From Naegleria gruberi (Eukaryota), in NCBI GenBank assembly GCA_000004985.1, contig GG738855.1: a stretch of 64,000 nt of DNA. The stretch is one strand, 5' to 3'. Shown one piece after another: positions 63,461 to 64,000 of this stretch. The notes beneath the pieces were generated by a model. The model was not told the DNA's origin, ran no database searches, and saw only the letters and a list, made by a program, of their open reading frames with translations. Made by a program: the position numbers and the translations under genes. Numbering within the stretch: position 1 is the first letter of the stretch; every line of letters begins with the position of its first letter.

Positions 63461-64000
63461 ATGGAACAACCCGAATGTTCCATCCCGACCTCAGCTACAA
63501 CAATTCAACAGTTACCGAGACCACCATCGGTTATGGACGATGATGAGGATATAGAGTTTGAGGTTTTTAATGTACCTAAAAAAACAAGTAATGAAAATTT
63601 AGGGACATTTAATGATAATAACAATATATCGGAACAAGTAATAGTGGATAGGATACCTAGGAGTAATAGTAAAAGTTCATATTCTTCTTCACAACCTCCT
63701 GTGGATGGTGTTGCTGACGATGTTGAAAATGAGGATCAAATTGAAATTGAAACAACAGGAAGCAGTACCGGGAGTCATGCAAGTACGATTAAATATGAAA
63801 ATGATAAACATGCACAAGTAATGGCTCACAGTGAGCAACAATTCATGACTGCCTCAGCAACAATTATAAAAACAAATGAATTCGATCATTTATTCGAACA
63901 TTCGGCTCGAGAAACGGAAAAGGAAAGAAAAAAAAAAGACAGAAGAATTATTGGACATTTAGTGAGGAAGAGAGTTGAAAATTTTTTAAAGATATTTGAT
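63461..64000 (+). CDS. 5' part of a hypothetical protein, open to the window end
   Basis: ATG at 63461 (MEQPECSIPTSATTIQQLPRPPSV...). The frame stays open for 180 codons to base 64000. Preceded by an E2F-like palindrome at 63423-63434. Confidence 0.35.
   Translation, partial: MEQPECSIPTSATTIQQLPRPPSVMDDDEDIEFEVFNVPKKTSNENLGTFNDNNNISEQVIVDRIPRSNSKSSYSSSQPPVDGVADDVENEDQIEIETTGSSTGSHASTIKYENDKHAQVMAHSEQQFMTASATIIKTNEFDHLFEHSARETEKERKKKDRRIIGHLVRKRVENFLKIFD

Noticed and set aside
1-64000. CRISPR arrays, toxin-antitoxin or other prokaryotic defence systems
   Set aside because: The sequence is eukaryotic nuclear DNA (introns, Pol III genes, eukaryote-specific proteins). No regularly spaced repeat-spacer arrays were seen.

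Overview
This 64-kb window is eukaryotic nuclear DNA, not a prokaryotic locus. It is AT-rich, and the genes carry short spliceosomal introns (GTAAGT/GTATGT...AG, about 40-130 bp). Poly-Asn/Ser/His tracts are common. There is a 5S rRNA gene closely resembling Dictyostelium 5S, and a tRNA-Asn with internal A/B boxes and oligo-T Pol III terminators. The most likely source is an amoebozoan of dictyostelid type. I call about 35 protein-coding genes on both strands. Well-supported ones are an Argonaute/Piwi protein with an RGG-rich N-terminus, a 2302-aa SMCHD1-like protein (GHKL ATPase plus SMC hinge), Arp3, AP-2 mu, XRP2/RP2, a GH2 beta-mannosidase, glutathione peroxidase, a ChrA-type chromate transporter, a mitochondrial carrier, two Nudix hydrolases, an NmrA-like reductase, a HAD hydrolase, an F-box protein, two RCC1-repeat proteins (one fused to EGF-like Cys repeats), an EEP-family nuclease/phosphatase, a hotdog thioesterase, a coiled-coil protein with a C-terminal BRCT domain, and two paralogous signal-peptide + 7TM + RGS-domain receptors. 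The main hunt findings are: (i) the pair of 7TM-RGS receptor-GAP chimeras; (ii) SMCHD1-like and Argonaute genes side by side; (iii) a recurring palindromic E2F-type motif (TTTGGCGCCAAA and variants) 30-60 bp upstream of several start codons; (iv) a dispersed 5S rRNA gene tail-to-tail with a tRNA-Asn unit flanked by 13-bp direct repeats and a 22-bp tandem duplication; (v) a secreted PLG/GPLG-repeat protein whose introns split Gly codons in the repeats. The ORF track marks TTG/GTG starts as M, so I re-derived ATG starts where I could. Intron boundaries were assigned by eye and are approximate.
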